From assembly GCA_973851085.1 (NCBI GenBank), contig OZ316776.1, positions 15,314,001-15,378,000 of the forward strand: a stretch of 64,000 nt of DNA, in the 5' to 3' direction. Position 1 is the stretch's first letter. Each line of letters starts with the position of its first letter. This stretch comes from Ptychomitrium polyphyllum. Its lineage: Eukaryota. Below the pieces are notes generated by a model. The model did not search any database. It had not been told where the DNA came from and saw only the letters and a list, made by a program, of their open reading frames with translations. Below are positions 1 through 13,950 of this stretch, one piece after another. The position numbers and the translations under genes are program-made.

Positions 1-181
1 ACGCGTCCTCCTCACAGCAAAAACCACAATCCAGTCCTAAGCTCCCGTAAACCCACACTACATCCTCTCTACAACAGTAAATCCCAGACAAAACGCCATA
101 GGAACCTCAACTTCACAAAGCTATATAAACCACAATATGAACTCGAGAAAGCACGCCCAAATTCGGGACGCAAATGGTTAC

Positions 182-400
182 CGATCGGCAAATGCAGCCT
201 CTACTTCAACAACCTGCAGGCGCGAGTGTCGTCGAAAGAACGCCGAGTGACGAGTTGAATGCAGCCGGAGCGTGGTGTGTGTGAGCGAGAGCTCGGAGTG
301 GGAAGAATGAGGACTGAGGCAGAGGAGGGAGCCTGATATGGACGGAGCAAGGGTTTGGTTGTGTGGTCTGTTTGTTTGTTGTGTTTCCTGATGATTATTT
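182..400 (-). other. Possible 5' exon/5'UTR of a minus-strand gene continuing off the left edge
   Basis: On the minus strand a CT-rich, leader-like stretch ends in a donor-like CG|GTAACC (intron starting at 181), followed by T-rich intron-like sequence. A GC-rich promoter-like block lies at 420-600. No product is identifiable. Confidence 0.3.
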
Positions 401-472
401 GTTTGGGGGGAGCAGCGGCACCAGCTTGCCAAGGGAAGACAACGGAAGGAAGCGCCCACACACAGAGAGAGC

Positions 473-504
473 GGGCGGGCGGGCGGGCGGGCGGGCTGGC
501 GGGC
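473..504 (+). repeat. (GGGC)6 tetranucleotide repeat plus TGGC-GGGC; potential G-quadruplex
   Basis: Read directly: six perfect GGGC units at 473-496. Confidence 0.9.
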
Positions 505-2799
505 GACCGGAAGGAAGACGCGCCCGTCACCGTGGCCGTCCGAAAACCGCCACTGCACCCATACACCGACTAACTATCTATCAAAATCTTCACCCTCTGT
601 AGAAATCGTCGAAATCTCCTGCTTGTACAAACGTCATCTACTCAGAATTGCAGATTTAAGAAGCTAAATGTTAGCCTGGGTAGAAAGTTGGTTGGTTTTC
701 GGGCAAGGAGCGCTAACCGGCTGCAAATCATGATTTGGTTTGACGGTCGCTGTCTGGTAGATTATCGGAGTTCCACTCGTAGATCCACCTGGCGGAATTG
801 GGTGCAGTGGCGGTATTCGGAGTGGAGATTTGGCTGCGAGTCATGATGTGGTTTGGAGCGAAGAGCGAAGAGCGAAGGGAAGGAGCGGAAGGAGGCGCCC
901 ATAGCTGTGTCACCTTGTTACCGTGATCGATGGGGGGCGATGAGGGTAGTACTGGGTGCGGATGGTTTCGTTACGGGGGAGCGGAAGGAAGGAGCGCCCA
1001 TGGGCGCGGCCATGGGGGTGGCCGTAGGGGGTACAGGCGTACTGAGAGCAGCTTGAGAGCGTGTAGGGGATCAGTACTTGGCAACTGGTGGTGCAGTACA
1101 GTGTACAAGGCTCCCCTTGCTATCATAACTGGAGCCCTGCTACCTGGGCTCAGGTCCCGTCCACCAATTGCCATGGCCTATTTTGAATTTCAGTTACGCC
1201 TGTGTCCGCCCCTACACTGGAATCCACCTCTGTCTTGTCTTGTGGGATTGTTACAGCGCTCTTAGATTCTGCGCCTCTAGTAATTTGTTGCGTTCTAATT
1301 TCTGTGCTGCACGTAAGATGAGTTCAGGGGCCTCGGTTCTTTCCTTGTTCTGTTTTGTTTTGTTTTTCTTTGTTTCTCTGTTTTTTACTTTTTTATTTTT
1401 TTTTGAAACAAATGAGAACTTTATTGCGAGACAATTTTCCCCTAACAATGGAAGCACTCTGGATCATAATGTAAGTGTTTGCTTGGGAAGGCACTCTCCA
1501 TATTTCTAAGGACACATGAGAGAACAAGGGTTATTTTTAGATGTATAAATAATACAATAGCGTTATATTGTGAGGTTTATTTTAAAAATTCTTGAGAATT
1601 TTTTTAAGTGTCATATTATATGTAAAGGCATTAGAAGAACAAATAACAAGTCTAAAGGCAAGACATGTGGATATTGTAAACAGTTCATTATGCATTTAAA
1701 ATATAAACTCTATTTATGTGAATGAGTTGTGTCAAGGGCTAATTATTCAATGGCCTAGTAGATGTTCAAAAGATAGAAATCCATACATTTTTAAAGTATA
1801 AGATTGTCCACATTAATAATCACCCATATTATCTCCAAGTTTTTAGGAATTTTTTTATATTGGCATTAATTTTTCCAAAATATCTTTAAACGCGTTTTAA
1901 AGAAACGTGAGATTTGGAGTTATTTTCAAAAAACTTAGAAGTTCAAAATCCACTCAAATTTTTTTTGAAATGAACAAATTCACATTGAAGTATAGATTCA
2001 AATACATGTTTCAAATTAATCTAAGCTAATATGATTCCTATGAATATTATTTATTACATCTTAATACTAAGCTAATAATATTTGAATCATTTTTAACTAG
2101 AAGAATTCATAATATTCATGATTTAAAAAACATCATGTTTAGAATATTAAAAAAACAAAGAACTTATTTTATATGTTGAATTATTAATAAAACTTACTTA
2201 AGTTGGTTTTTAGAATATCTATGATAAATTCAAATTTTTTACAATATAAGAATAATTAAATTAAAATAATTATGATATAGAATCACAATGTCTCCTTTCC
2301 AAAAACATTACAAAATAAATGGTCTATACTAAATTTATCAATTAAATGAGAATTAAGTTTTTATGCTATTTAAAATAGTGCCAATATCTGTTAAAAGATA
2401 GTGTATAAAATCTTAATAACTTGGCATTTGTTGACAAGCTCAAGGTCAAGGATTTTAATGATATGAAGAAAGTACAAATATACAGGTTTTAAAGACTATT
2501 GGTCCAAAAGTATTTAAAAATAAAAAATGTATTTTTTGTTATTTTGTTTTTCCTAAAAGTTACATAGTATGAATTCTTTTAACTTGTATTGAAAATTTTG
2601 AAAGAAATAGAGTCTTATAGAGCTCTTATTATGTCTTTAAACAAGTTTATTTCATAATTTAAGCAAAACGTCTTATTTGTCATACAATCCTTTTAGATTA
2701 ATTTGAATCTTTTTAAATCAAATAAATTTTGATATTCTACATAATTTTATTTTATTATTTTATTTTTTGAAAGAAAACAAGACTATGGAATTTCAAAAT

Positions 2800-4020
2800 T
2801 GGAAGTAGAATTTTACACTATTTAGAATATTTGGAAATCCTTGTTATGTAAATGAAGTTATCTATTAAGTAAAACTTCCTTATCTTGCTTGTTAAGAAGG
2901 TTCTCTCTTTATAAATAATAGTCCCCAACAATTTATGACAGAAGCATTAAAGCACTCTTTATTTGGAAGAGCGGTTGGAAGAACTTTGGACATTTAGGGC
3001 AAACTCACAATTACCTTGGAGGAGGTTGTTTAGTTTTGAAGAAGCCCAAAGTTCAAGGCTCCTTGACCGTGTCTTAACATTGCAAAAGTTCCTCATAGAT
3101 TCATCAAAAAACATCTTAAAAGGAGGTGAAAATGCTATGGGGGACTTTGGAGCTTTATCCCACTGATTCTATTATTAGAAAGAGATTGAATGATTGAATG
3201 GATACATAAACATATGAAGATGGAGATGGAGCATAGATTAATTTTACAACCTAATAGCACTTTCTCTCCAAAAGTTGGACAAAAACAATACAAGAGATTT
3301 CAGGAAAATATGAGGGAACCTGCAAAATGGCCTGAGTGTTGGTAAAGAAGAATAAAACATTTCAATAGCTACTTTCATTATGCTAGAAAAAGGAACAGGG
3401 AACTGGCCTAAGTGTTTCCATAAGTGAGCAACAAGTTTGGAGGGGTCCATACTATATGAACTGAGTTACTGGTGGAAACAAATTATGTAAGGGAATAGCA
3501 TGCAGACAAAGAGAATAATTTAGCAGGTGCATTATTGTACAAGCAGGGTGATTGTGGCTGATGAGGTTAGTTTCTTGCAGTACCACATGTTAATTGAGTT
3601 GGAAGTTGGTTTTTTATCTCGAGAGGAGTTCAGTTGCGAACCCTAATCAACAGAGTTTCACAGCACTCAAGTGTTGATAGTTGTGATTCTACAGTATCAT
3701 TTAGAGAGGTTTCCTATGTATGTGCAATGGGAGTTCACAATCAACTCAAACAGTTATGATGGGTGTTGTATAGTACGGCCTTGTTTGGCACTCTTTCGCT
3801 TCAACAGCTGGAAACTCTATCCTGCTACAACACTTGATGATTTGAGAGACACTAGACGTGAAACTACACATGGCAATCTGCTGCCGAGGATTGAAGGTTT
3901 GAGTGCCTTCTTCCCTTCAAAACAAATCCTTTGTACTACACTATGGACTAGTTGGATGGCTTCGGAAGTTATAAAGTTTTGCTCCCAGTCCTCAGAAATT
4001 GATGGTAAAACTTCATGACA
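2800..4020 (+). mobile_element. Heavily decayed LINE (non-LTR retrotransposon) ORF2 3' fragment, tentative
   Basis: Island of higher GC in AT-rich DNA. Motif-like remnants occur in LINE order across frames with stops and frameshifts: EYLEIL (cf. RT YLG.P), ALFIWKSG/LPWRRL (cf. FLW.G..AW), WFFISRG..YVQWE (cf. zf-RVT region), ILCTTLWTSWMA...KF (cf. LW.IW..RN..F). Recognised by eye only. Confidence 0.4.
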
Positions 4021-6303
4021 TTCACGCAATGGTGCAGATCCCAATAAAATTGAAATGAAATGAAATGAAAGGTGCAATCATATGGGGCTTAAGTCCCTCA
4101 TTTTTTAGTCATTTTGTATTGCATTGGTAACAAATTTTAAGTGCCTTATCTTGTGTCTTATCTTGTGTCTTTACAACTTTCTCATAGCATTATCTTTTAT
4201 AAATATTCCAAGTTAAAATTAGAAAAGTATGTGATTGATTTGCTTGAGGCTATCATGGAATGTAGAAATTTGTATATAATGTATAAAGTAATTTTTGAAA
4301 GATATGGAATATTATTTTTTAAAGAAATAATTTGGCAATATGTTCATGGTATTTTTAAGATTTTCATCAAAAAGAATTATTCTCTACTTTTTTAATGCAA
4401 ATTTTATGTATTTAATGTAGAATATAATATTCTAAATTATTTTAAAAGGTTTTTGAAACCATATTTTAAAAATACAGTACCTTAGTCACATATAATTACA
4501 TAAAATTTTCTAAATAATAGCTTTGAATTGACTTGCCAATGAGATCTTACAAGCCAAATTCAATAAGTATTGTCATAAAGGTCCTTGATATTGAAATATT
4601 TTGGGATCAAAGTATGGATGTAGAACCATTGAATAATTACGTAAGTTATTATTAGAAGGATGTTATTGAGATTTTTAAATAGGAAGAAATAACAGAAGAA
4701 ATGGTTTTGTTGTTGCATAATTCCTCCATATTGCTACCAAAACCTTAACCTTTCTCTAATTAGTTGTAAAACACAAGAAAAACAAAATCAGATTATGATA
4801 GATGCATGCTACCATATTTAACCAAATAGAATGTTGTGAAAAAATATACCTAAATCATAATACTATTATATTATTGTAATTAAATATTATGATTGCTAAA
4901 GTTTATCAAGTTTATTTTTGATAGGAAGATACCATTGTAGCTTCTTTATAAGTCCCTTATGAATCTTAAAAGACACTAAAATCTAAGGAATTTGTTTTGC
5001 CACAATGTTAAAAAAAATACTAGTACATGAATTTATATCTAGCCATCTACAAAAATCCTATAATATTTTCAACCTTTGATTGTATAAATAATAATCATAT
5101 AGTATATTTTAGACTAGGTTTAGTTCATGGTATATAGCATATCTTTGAATTGTAAAAGGTGTAGAATATGCATGTATCATAAAGCCACAATTTGTCCTAA
5201 TTATTAGTGGATTTCTTGCATTTAACTATTTTTTTGTAATGTTTTATCATAATATTTAAAATACAAATAACATGGTGAGTACAAATGAGTAATACAAAAC
5301 TTTAAAAATTAAAAATTGTAAAACAGAACATAAATTTTTTAGTCCTACATAAAGTGGGTCTTTCAACCATCTTCTTCAAAATCAAACCCTAGGACTTATT
5401 AGTACAACATCAATACTAATGTATGCTTCATGCTTGTTTTCTAAAACTACATAATAGCAAAATTTGGACATTCACAACAATAAGTTTAAAGCATTCACAA
5501 GGAATATCCCTGCCATCAGAGGTCAATGTATGAAATATTTTAAGAGAATATTTGCATGCTTTGACTCCTGAGCCTATGTGCTAAGTACTTTATGGGGCTA
5601 TCAGGATACCGGTATTCTATTCCCACATGGCAGAAATTGAAATGTGGAACTATGTGACATGACACAGAATCCTCCCATAATGGATTGCTCAGTGGTAACT
5701 ACAATTCATCTTCAAATCAAAGTGTGGATTCAGTTTGCCAGAGCTTTATGCTTGAAGGTCACACTCAGGACTCAGCACTACAAGTTTTGCTTGACACACA
5801 GTTTTAAACTGACTTTATAAAATCCCATTAATACTGTTGTAAATTGTGTCTATGGCACCACAATAACAAGTGCTCATGGTGCCATGCAATCGCCAATTCA
5901 TCTAAATATATAACATCTGAAAAGCCATGTCAACCTTGATTTCACTTTCTGTATGTTATTGTGTGTATTACAAAAGATTTCCTCTTATCCACATTGACTG
6001 GAGTCTTAGAAACTTTTAGAACATGCATTTACACAACTCAGTTTCATGTAATAAACCTGTTTCACACAAATCATCTCATCATACAAGCATTATACTTTGT
6101 TGTGGTTCTTACCATACAAAGTGGGTTTCACTATTCTATCCCTTCATGTCTCTTTTTTCTGGTACTGTGTCTACACTGCCACAAACTTGGATTCAGATTT
6201 CTCCCTAGCCAACTGTTGTCTGCAAGGCCTGCCCAAATCCCAAATCCCAAGCTTTATCAAAGAGTCAAATCCCCAAATGACCACCACAAAAACAAACCAA
6301 AAA

Positions 6304-6306
<3 letters not shown>

Positions 6307-6342
<36 letters not shown>
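6307..6342 (+). repeat. (AC)18 microsatellite
   Basis: Read directly. Confidence 0.95.
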
Positions 6343-6347
<5 letters not shown>

Positions 6348-9300
6348 AAGAAGAAAGAAGACATAGAAAAGAAAAGAAAAGCAAAAAACATATAGTCCAT
6401 TCTATTTTCCAACCTTTGGAGGTGAAACCTCAAGATTCTTCTTACCATGCAGAAACAAAATGTGTAAATCCCTTGCACTTCTGGGCGGCAAGAGAATAGG
6501 GAACATGATTAATAATCTGGTAAGCAGAAAGGCGTGCCATTGGCTGAGGACTGCTCCTGCATGAATGGGCATGCATAATGAGGCCACGGTGTCTCACTCA
6601 TGTCTAGTGTTGGGTGGAGGCGCATGTCTTGGGCTCGAAGATCTAGCTGGAGGTTGATTAGGTTGTTACACGCCTGATTCCACTTTCATAACTTCTAGTA
6701 TCTGGCAACCACCTGAGCAGGCTCACTTGCCATCCAGTTATTCCCCCGCGCCACGTAGGCACCTCCAGCATAACTACCTTGTCCAGCTCGGATGATCCAC
6801 CGCTCTCCCTCGTTCTGGTCTGACACGTGGCCCGGCTTGCCATGAGCCTAGGCTCCACTCAACGGATTCTGTTCTCTGCAGGTCCTTTTTTATTATGCCC
6901 TATCCCCGTGTATAGCAGGCCAGGATGAGACCAGTGCTGAAGGGCCCCCGGTTCAGGAATTGGATTTTAGAGCTTGTTGAATCATGCATGATAAATGGTC
7001 AAACCCTAAAGATTTAGGCGATGTGTAGGTTCTACAAAAAGTTTGTCTTTGCATTGTTTCTTGGAATACTTTTTTAATTCTTTTATTTTTAGAATATCAG
7101 GTTTTTCACTAAAATGAGATGTTAGACCCTTTGGAAAACTATTTTTCGAAAACTGTTCTTTTGCCCAAAAAGGAAAAAAATATATAAAATGGGATTTCTA
7201 AAATATTTGTTGTGATGAAGCCTAGTTTTTGAAAACGCTTGTTATGAGAATGCAAATTTGCTATGCTACAAGGTATTTCATTTACCATGTGTTGCGTTAA
7301 AAATGAAATTCTCTAATCATTCTACACTTTAAGTAAACTGTTAGTTATAGTAGTTTTTGTAGATCACAATAATTATTGTGGTTTATATACAATATGTCAT
7401 ATTTTTAAACTCTACATTGTGGTTTATTGGCTATTATAGAGCATTAGCATTGCAGATGCCTCTAAAGAATAGTAAAGAATTTTAATGTTGATTATCATGA
7501 AAAATTGTATGTATATGTATGTATATCTAATATAAATTATGATGCAATTTTGTATGCATATCTATTTTGCAAATATTTTATCTTAATATTTATACATACA
7601 CATCATGTAGTTACAAGCACATGCCTTGCATTTTATTTTTTTCATATAATAATAAATATATGGATAAGCTTCAAGATTTTAACATGTGTAAGTTTTTTTA
7701 AACTTCAGCAACCATACAAATTATTTGCAATCCAATGTTATCTTTAGAATTTGAGACCATGGAATAAACCTTGAATTTATTCAAAACAAAAAAATTAGAA
7801 AATACTACAATTTCTAAACTTTAAAGATGTTGAGGTTTTTTAATTATTTACATTAAAAATTTTATTTAAAAAATTAAAGAACATATGAAACAACATGAAT
7901 TTAAAGTTGATGATATTTGAAATGGTTTAGAAAGTTAATATGTTTATAGAGCATTTCAAAACATGTCAAAGGACTTTGTTGACAAAATTTGGTTGAATTA
8001 CAGGAACACAAACAAATGTGAACAAAAAGTTGATAACTTTTATAAAAAGTAGATGACAATGTTTGAAAAGTTCATATTGATTAGTTTTGCACTTAATCTT
8101 TTTCTCTAGGAATTTTGTATAGTAGAAAGATTGTAGGACATCATTATTTTACAATACAGATATCACTGCAAAATTTCCTTACTGATAATGCATCACAATA
8201 AATACACCACTAGTGATGTATTGTAGCAAGAAAAATCATGTACTGTTAAATAGAAAATACTACATATCCAATATGCTTAAAACAAACCAGTCCTTGGTTC
8301 TAAGTTCATTCCACATTTTGTTCAAATCCCTTAGAAATATCAACCATTTTTTAGAATTTTGATCAGATCCAGCTCATTGTAACTAAAACTCGTCGTAACA
8401 TGTAACATGGAAGGCACTATGACTCTGAACTTCTTCCCATTTTGAACACTCCCCCCTTAAAACATGTACAACTTTTGAGCATTTACTTTCTGGTTCACTT
8501 CCAGCAAGTCTGATGCGACCTTCAGGTAAATCCGTCACTGGGGAAGTTGCAATAAAAGTTCGAGAGAAGAATGTTTGACTAGAGCACTCTAAGGTGGGAA
8601 GAGAGGGTAAGCAACGATGGACATGTTGGTGACAACTGAGCTTCTCTTCAATGCCTGCACATACAACATGAACATAAATCCCAATGAAAACTGAACTTCA
8701 TGGCCCAATAGCAAGCCAGGAACCTCTTCACTCAACCTTCATTTTCCTTTATGAAAGTGTGGCACCGGTCCCACTGGCCTTAGTGGGGTAATAGAGGATG
8801 CCTCAGTTCAAGGTAAGCCGTCAAGACCAAGCCGGAAAAACACTTTCCTAAACACCCAAACTTGTTGGACTGCATCCGCAAAATAACGATTTTTAATTTT
8901 AATATGTTTTTAAGTAGACAATAACAGTAAAATTTATTTTTTAAGTTTTTTACATATTCTTCTATCATTTTGATTTTCTTTCGGAATTTAATAATGGAAG
9001 CTGAAATTACATGATTTTTCTTAAGGTTTGTCGATTGGAAATCACAGTAGGTACCAAAAAGCTCGAATTACCATGAGCTTTTTTTAAAGGGTAAGCTAAT
9101 AATTACAAAAAATATGTTCATGGTGAAGTTTTGTTTATTTCATTCACTTGTACACAAAGAAGAATCACCATAAGAGCATAATTTGCAGTGTATTTTGGAA
9201 CCTCAAACTACTACCAACTTTTTGCATTTTCAACATTTTCGAAAAGATTTTAACGTGGATCAAATGCTAGATTTTAATTAGGAAAAAGTTTTTGACTTGA

Positions 9301-10775
9301 AATCTAGGTTGGTTGGAAAATCAATGTTTGACTATGCAACAATGCAAAATGGGCTCCTACCCACATTCTTGGATAATCAAGTTCCTATCAGAGTTCAACA
9401 TGAAGGAATAACAAATTCAATGCTTTCTGGTGGGCCATCACCTCATTCGCTGCTTGTGATATAAGCTTCTGATGTCCCAAATTGCACTAGCTTACTGAAT
9501 GGGTTAATTAGTACGTGAAGGTAATTGATTTTTCTTCATTTTTAGGGCCATTTTCACTTCCCAGTTAAAATGTTTTTGCCCATTTCTTAACTAATGAATG
9601 CTTAATCTTACTACATTTGGCCCACCTATTAATTTTAGTTTTTGTGGCTACAAAGTGGGGTGTTTAGAATTTTCCTTTCTCTTTCTGTTGTTTGTATTTG
9701 AAATTGCATAAAAACAGAAAATTTCTTTTGAGAAACCTTGTAAAAAAACGGAACATATCCAATAAACACTCGTGGATTCATGAATTGATGAAAGGTTTTT
9801 AACAATCCATGTAAATTCCAAAAAAATTCGTGTCCAATTTTCACTAAATATCTTTATTATTTTCACAGCCAGAAAATCTAGTGAAAGAATGAGACAATCT
9901 GCCTCGGTTGTAATTCAAAAGATTAACTCATGAAAGACATTGAAAACACTAAACTGGATTTTAATGGTTCAAGTGACCAATTTGATCATCTGTGATGTTT
10001 TAAAGGTTATCATAGAAAGGCTGACAAGTTGACAATGACCAATAGAAGAAAAAAATTGTCCATTACTTCCTTTATTTAGGGAAGGAAAAGTAACCATTTC
10101 TTACAAATAAAGAGGGCAACTTCTTTTTCAACATTTGCTTAAAACCAAAAGAAAACTAATGGAAACCAATTAGAAAATCAACATCACATTCATTCTCAAA
10201 GTATGCCAATCACTTGATCTCTAAAATCCATGTCTCACTATCAAATCCTCTACAAGGACAAACACACTAGTATCAATCAGTGGAACACTTGTAGTGATGA
10301 ATGCTTACATGTTTGTATCCGAGAACACAAGTCACTGATTCCTTGCGTATTTATGTTTGGTGATGGAGCAAGTTTCAACAAGCGTTAGAAATGGGTGCAC
10401 CTTGCCTGAGGTAAAACAGTCTAACCATGGAATGAATGGATGAAAGGGACAAATCGGGAGCGGCTTGTGCGGTGCAGAACAACAGTTGCCAAAGCAGTCC
10501 AGCATGGCTCCGCGGGCAATCATGAAGATGGAAGGGCATGGCTATTTCATCATCCTTCAGCCCTGCTCTCAAGTAGTAACATATTATTCCCCTCCATCTA
10601 TCTCTCACAGGACACCATCTCACTGGAAAACTTTCCCTCCCGTCCCATATGTGATTGCATCCTGCAACAGTCAGCTGCTTCATTCATGCGCACTCCAAAA
10701 ACACATGCAATTACTATGGACTCAAAATTACTGTGCCACCAAGTTGATGCCATATCTTCAAGGTCTGTAGATTTC

Positions 10776-10865
10776 ATTGCTACAAAAAGTAATGGCTCCA
10801 GAATTGCTGCAAAAAGTTATGTCGCTGGTATTGCTGCAAAAAGTTATGTCGCTGGTATTGCTGCA
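10776..10865 (+). repeat. 27-bp tandem repeat, about 3.3 copies
   Basis: ATTGCTGCAAAAAGTTATGTCGCTGGT is exact at 10803-10829 and 10830-10856, with a diverged copy at 10776-10802 and a partial copy from 10857. Confidence 0.9.
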
Positions 10866-13800
10866 GTCAGCAATATACATACTCAAAGTTTTGAATACTG
10901 TATTTCCTTCAGAAGCACACACCCAGAGCCGCATCATTTCTACAGATACGGAAATAGGCACCTCTGGTAGTGATGCAAATTTGTGCACCAGTACCACATT
11001 CTTCTGTTTGAGCCAGATTACCAAAAGCAAATGGATACAAATACTGAAATCAGTGATTGTTTCAGACTTGGGCAAATTATCCAGCTTGCTTCTGGGTCTG
11101 CTTCTTGGTACCACTTCTGTTGGATTTTTCTTAGAGAACTTGAGAAGCAATGTCAAAATTCTAACATAGGGGACACGCATGTGCTTACCAGCAGTACACA
11201 CAGTGTGGACTCCTTCGTACAACACCAATTGAGTAACTAGCGTTGAGCGCACTTGGGCTAGGTAAATCAGTTATGCACACTTTTAGAAGTACCTTGCCTA
11301 CATGCTCCATAGCTAATGGACACTTCCGAGTACAGGAGCTCAGATTTAAGACAATCCAAGCTTCTAACCAAGTTCTGGAATTTGGGACATCTTTATGACT
11401 AAGTTGCTGATATGCGGGCTGTGGAATTTGGAATGCTGGTATTAATTACCGCTTCCTGGCCTGTTACATTGACTGCAACATGATCATTAGCCATGAGTGA
11501 CCTGACTTGGCTATGGAAACTAATCAACACCTACAGGGCACAGCTAATTTGTGTACCAGGAGAAGGTGCAGGATGGGCCAAGACTCAATACATCAAGAAA
11601 AATCTCTTTTGTGTCATTCGGACATGGTTATGATATCAGAGTGAATGTGTGTCATCTCCACATTAGCTACTGTGTCACCTTGACACCAAAATGATATTAT
11701 AATGACAGAGGTTTAAGTGCTCTCAAAATCACAGAGGTTAAAATGATGGCAAAATGATATTTTATAGTGTTTTAAGGTCAATTTGAGGTTATTTTATTAT
11801 CATTTTAACCTGTGTGTCATTCTATACTACACCCTCGCATGTATTGTGTCAAGTTAAATTGCACCTTTTGAAAGAATACTGTGTACTAGTTTCTTGGCTC
11901 CTAGTAAAAATGCTAATGCTTTCTATTTTTGTTCCCAATTGTTATTATTTCTAAGCCTTTTACTTTTTGTGTTTCCTACATCAAGAACTGGGCATTGGAA
12001 CCAAGCATCTTTAAACAAGAGTCACAATGAATTGAAAGTGTACATTAGGTTTTGTCACTCACTTGGGGTGATGAGACATAGGCTTTTGAAATTTGCAACA
12101 TAAGTCCTTGCTCTAGGACCCCTATAGATTTAGATGGTTGAAATGTAATGGCTTTTTCCTTTTGAACCATTCTAAAAAAAATGTGCAGCAGTTCTGGACC
12201 TCAGTTGAAGCACAAAAATATGCTCTTGTCTTGTCAGTAAAAGTTTTTTTGGTAGATTACTTGAATCTGTGGTTTGGGCTTTGTTTGCTGACCAAGTCAT
12301 TTGAATTCTACTCTTGAGCCACTCCTTATTGGATATGTGTTTGCAATTTTTGGGGTAGAATGTCATGTCAAAAGTTCAAGAAAAATCAAGCATTTCCTGC
12401 ATGCTTGTTTCTGTCATCACAAAAAATATTGACTTGACTCTGAATAAAAGTTACCATGCACAAAGGAGAATCCTGTGATATATGGCATAGAGTAGACTTT
12501 AACAAACTATCAAAACTGATTTGGTTAAAAAAGGTTTTAAGTTTTATTTAGGAAAGGGTACATTATGTCAACAGTCATAATCTGATCAAGGGCTCAATGC
12601 AAAGCTAATAATCTTCACTCAAAGAGTGCTTCAGTGTTAGTTGACACTGTATCCTAAGAATGATGAATGATAGTATTTAATATTTAAGTTTTATAATATA
12701 TAATGTCACTGTATGTTTTTAAGGAGACAATTTAAAGATTTAATTGATGAGTTGGACTCAATATTGTGATTACAAATGCCATATTACAAGAAACGTACAT
12801 ATAATTTCTACTGAAAACAAACACTCTTACTTCTAAATGCTACTTTTGTTAGAACAAACAGCATGTTTCCCTGCAAAAACAGTATGAACAATAACAAGCA
12901 ACATGCTCATATATGAACAATATTACACTATTTTTCACCACCCTCTTATGAACAAATCTCAGTGAATGAGATGATTTTCTCTCAGCACTAAATCACACTA
13001 ATAGTACACCTATTAATTTGAAGCACTCATGTATGGTAGCCATAGGTCAGTGATGCTGTGAGGGGGTTCATATGTTTTTAAGTATGCAATAAATGTATAA
13101 ATTCTTGAGGCAATGTTTTCAGGTACTAGGTCCATCACAGAAAGGTCTTATTATTCTCCGGTAGCCTATCATTCTACAGTGATCTGATAGTAACTTCTTA
13201 CCAATCAATTATCTGGCAAGCATGTGCACTTGCACCCATATATCATGTGCATTGTGCATCAAATACACCTCGCCTTGCAAATTATACATTGACTCTACAA
13301 TAGTTTTTCTTTTTCTTTTCCCACAAAGTAGTGCTTATTCCACAGCAGTAATACAGTGCAAATTAGTTTATTCCACTGTAATACAGAATCATGTAGCAGA
13401 ATATACAAGCTGCAATATATTTCTACCACTAGTGTTCTTGTCAAAGATGTCATCTACGTCAAATACTATATATTTAATTTTTCTCAATGCCTTTAGCATT
13501 GAATATTTAGTGTAATATGCGTCAGACGAGTGGAGAATCTCCTTACACCAAAGTAATGTATGTATAGTGGATCACAGAAAACAATCTGTTAATCACTACT
13601 GTCCACCTACAACCCTGGCATCGAATTATTTGGATGCCACAGCCTCTCTCAACCTCCAAACCTCACACTATTATCTGTTTACAGTATAACAGACAGCCGT
13701 TTGTCTTAGCCGTCATATGAATTTTCATGGTAATGTATAGTTACATGAATTCTCAATAAGAGACTTCAAAGGCTCCGCTATAATACATGAAAGCGGAATC

Positions 13801-13950
13801 GATGTATGTTAAACTCGTCACAGCGAAATGGGGAGTTGACAGTGGACTTCTAGAGATGCCCAGCACACTATCTACAGGTTAAAATCGATAAATACAAACC
13901 CATGAGAAACTCCCTAATAACACTAGTTTCACCTATCTTGCCTACAACCT

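Noticed and set aside
1024..1075. GGGG...CTGAGA...GTAGGGGA resembling a TPP riboswitch
   Set aside because: Lacks the CCC..GAACCTGA and GGnTAATnCC core, and there is no thiamine gene nearby.
4075..4110. ATGGGGCTTA followed by a T-run, resembling the RNase MRP CR-V
   Set aside because: No GAAAGTCCCC CR-I partner upstream and no USE/TATA promoter.
5619..5630. TCCCACATGG similar to the plant snRNA USE
   Set aside because: No correctly spaced TATA and no snRNA-like sequence downstream.
5961..6478. ORFs spanning the (AC)n microsatellite
   Set aside because: Open frames are produced by the simple repeat (THTH/CVCV runs).
8380..8655. Minus-strand open frame after a TGCAG acceptor (GIEEKLSCHQHVHRC...)
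   Set aside because: No upstream exon or homology recognisable; cannot be supported as a gene.
10332..11252. Cluster of overlapping 100-176 aa ORFs on both strands
   Set aside because: No recognisable motif, transposase signature or consistent splice pattern; only the 27-bp repeat is supportable.
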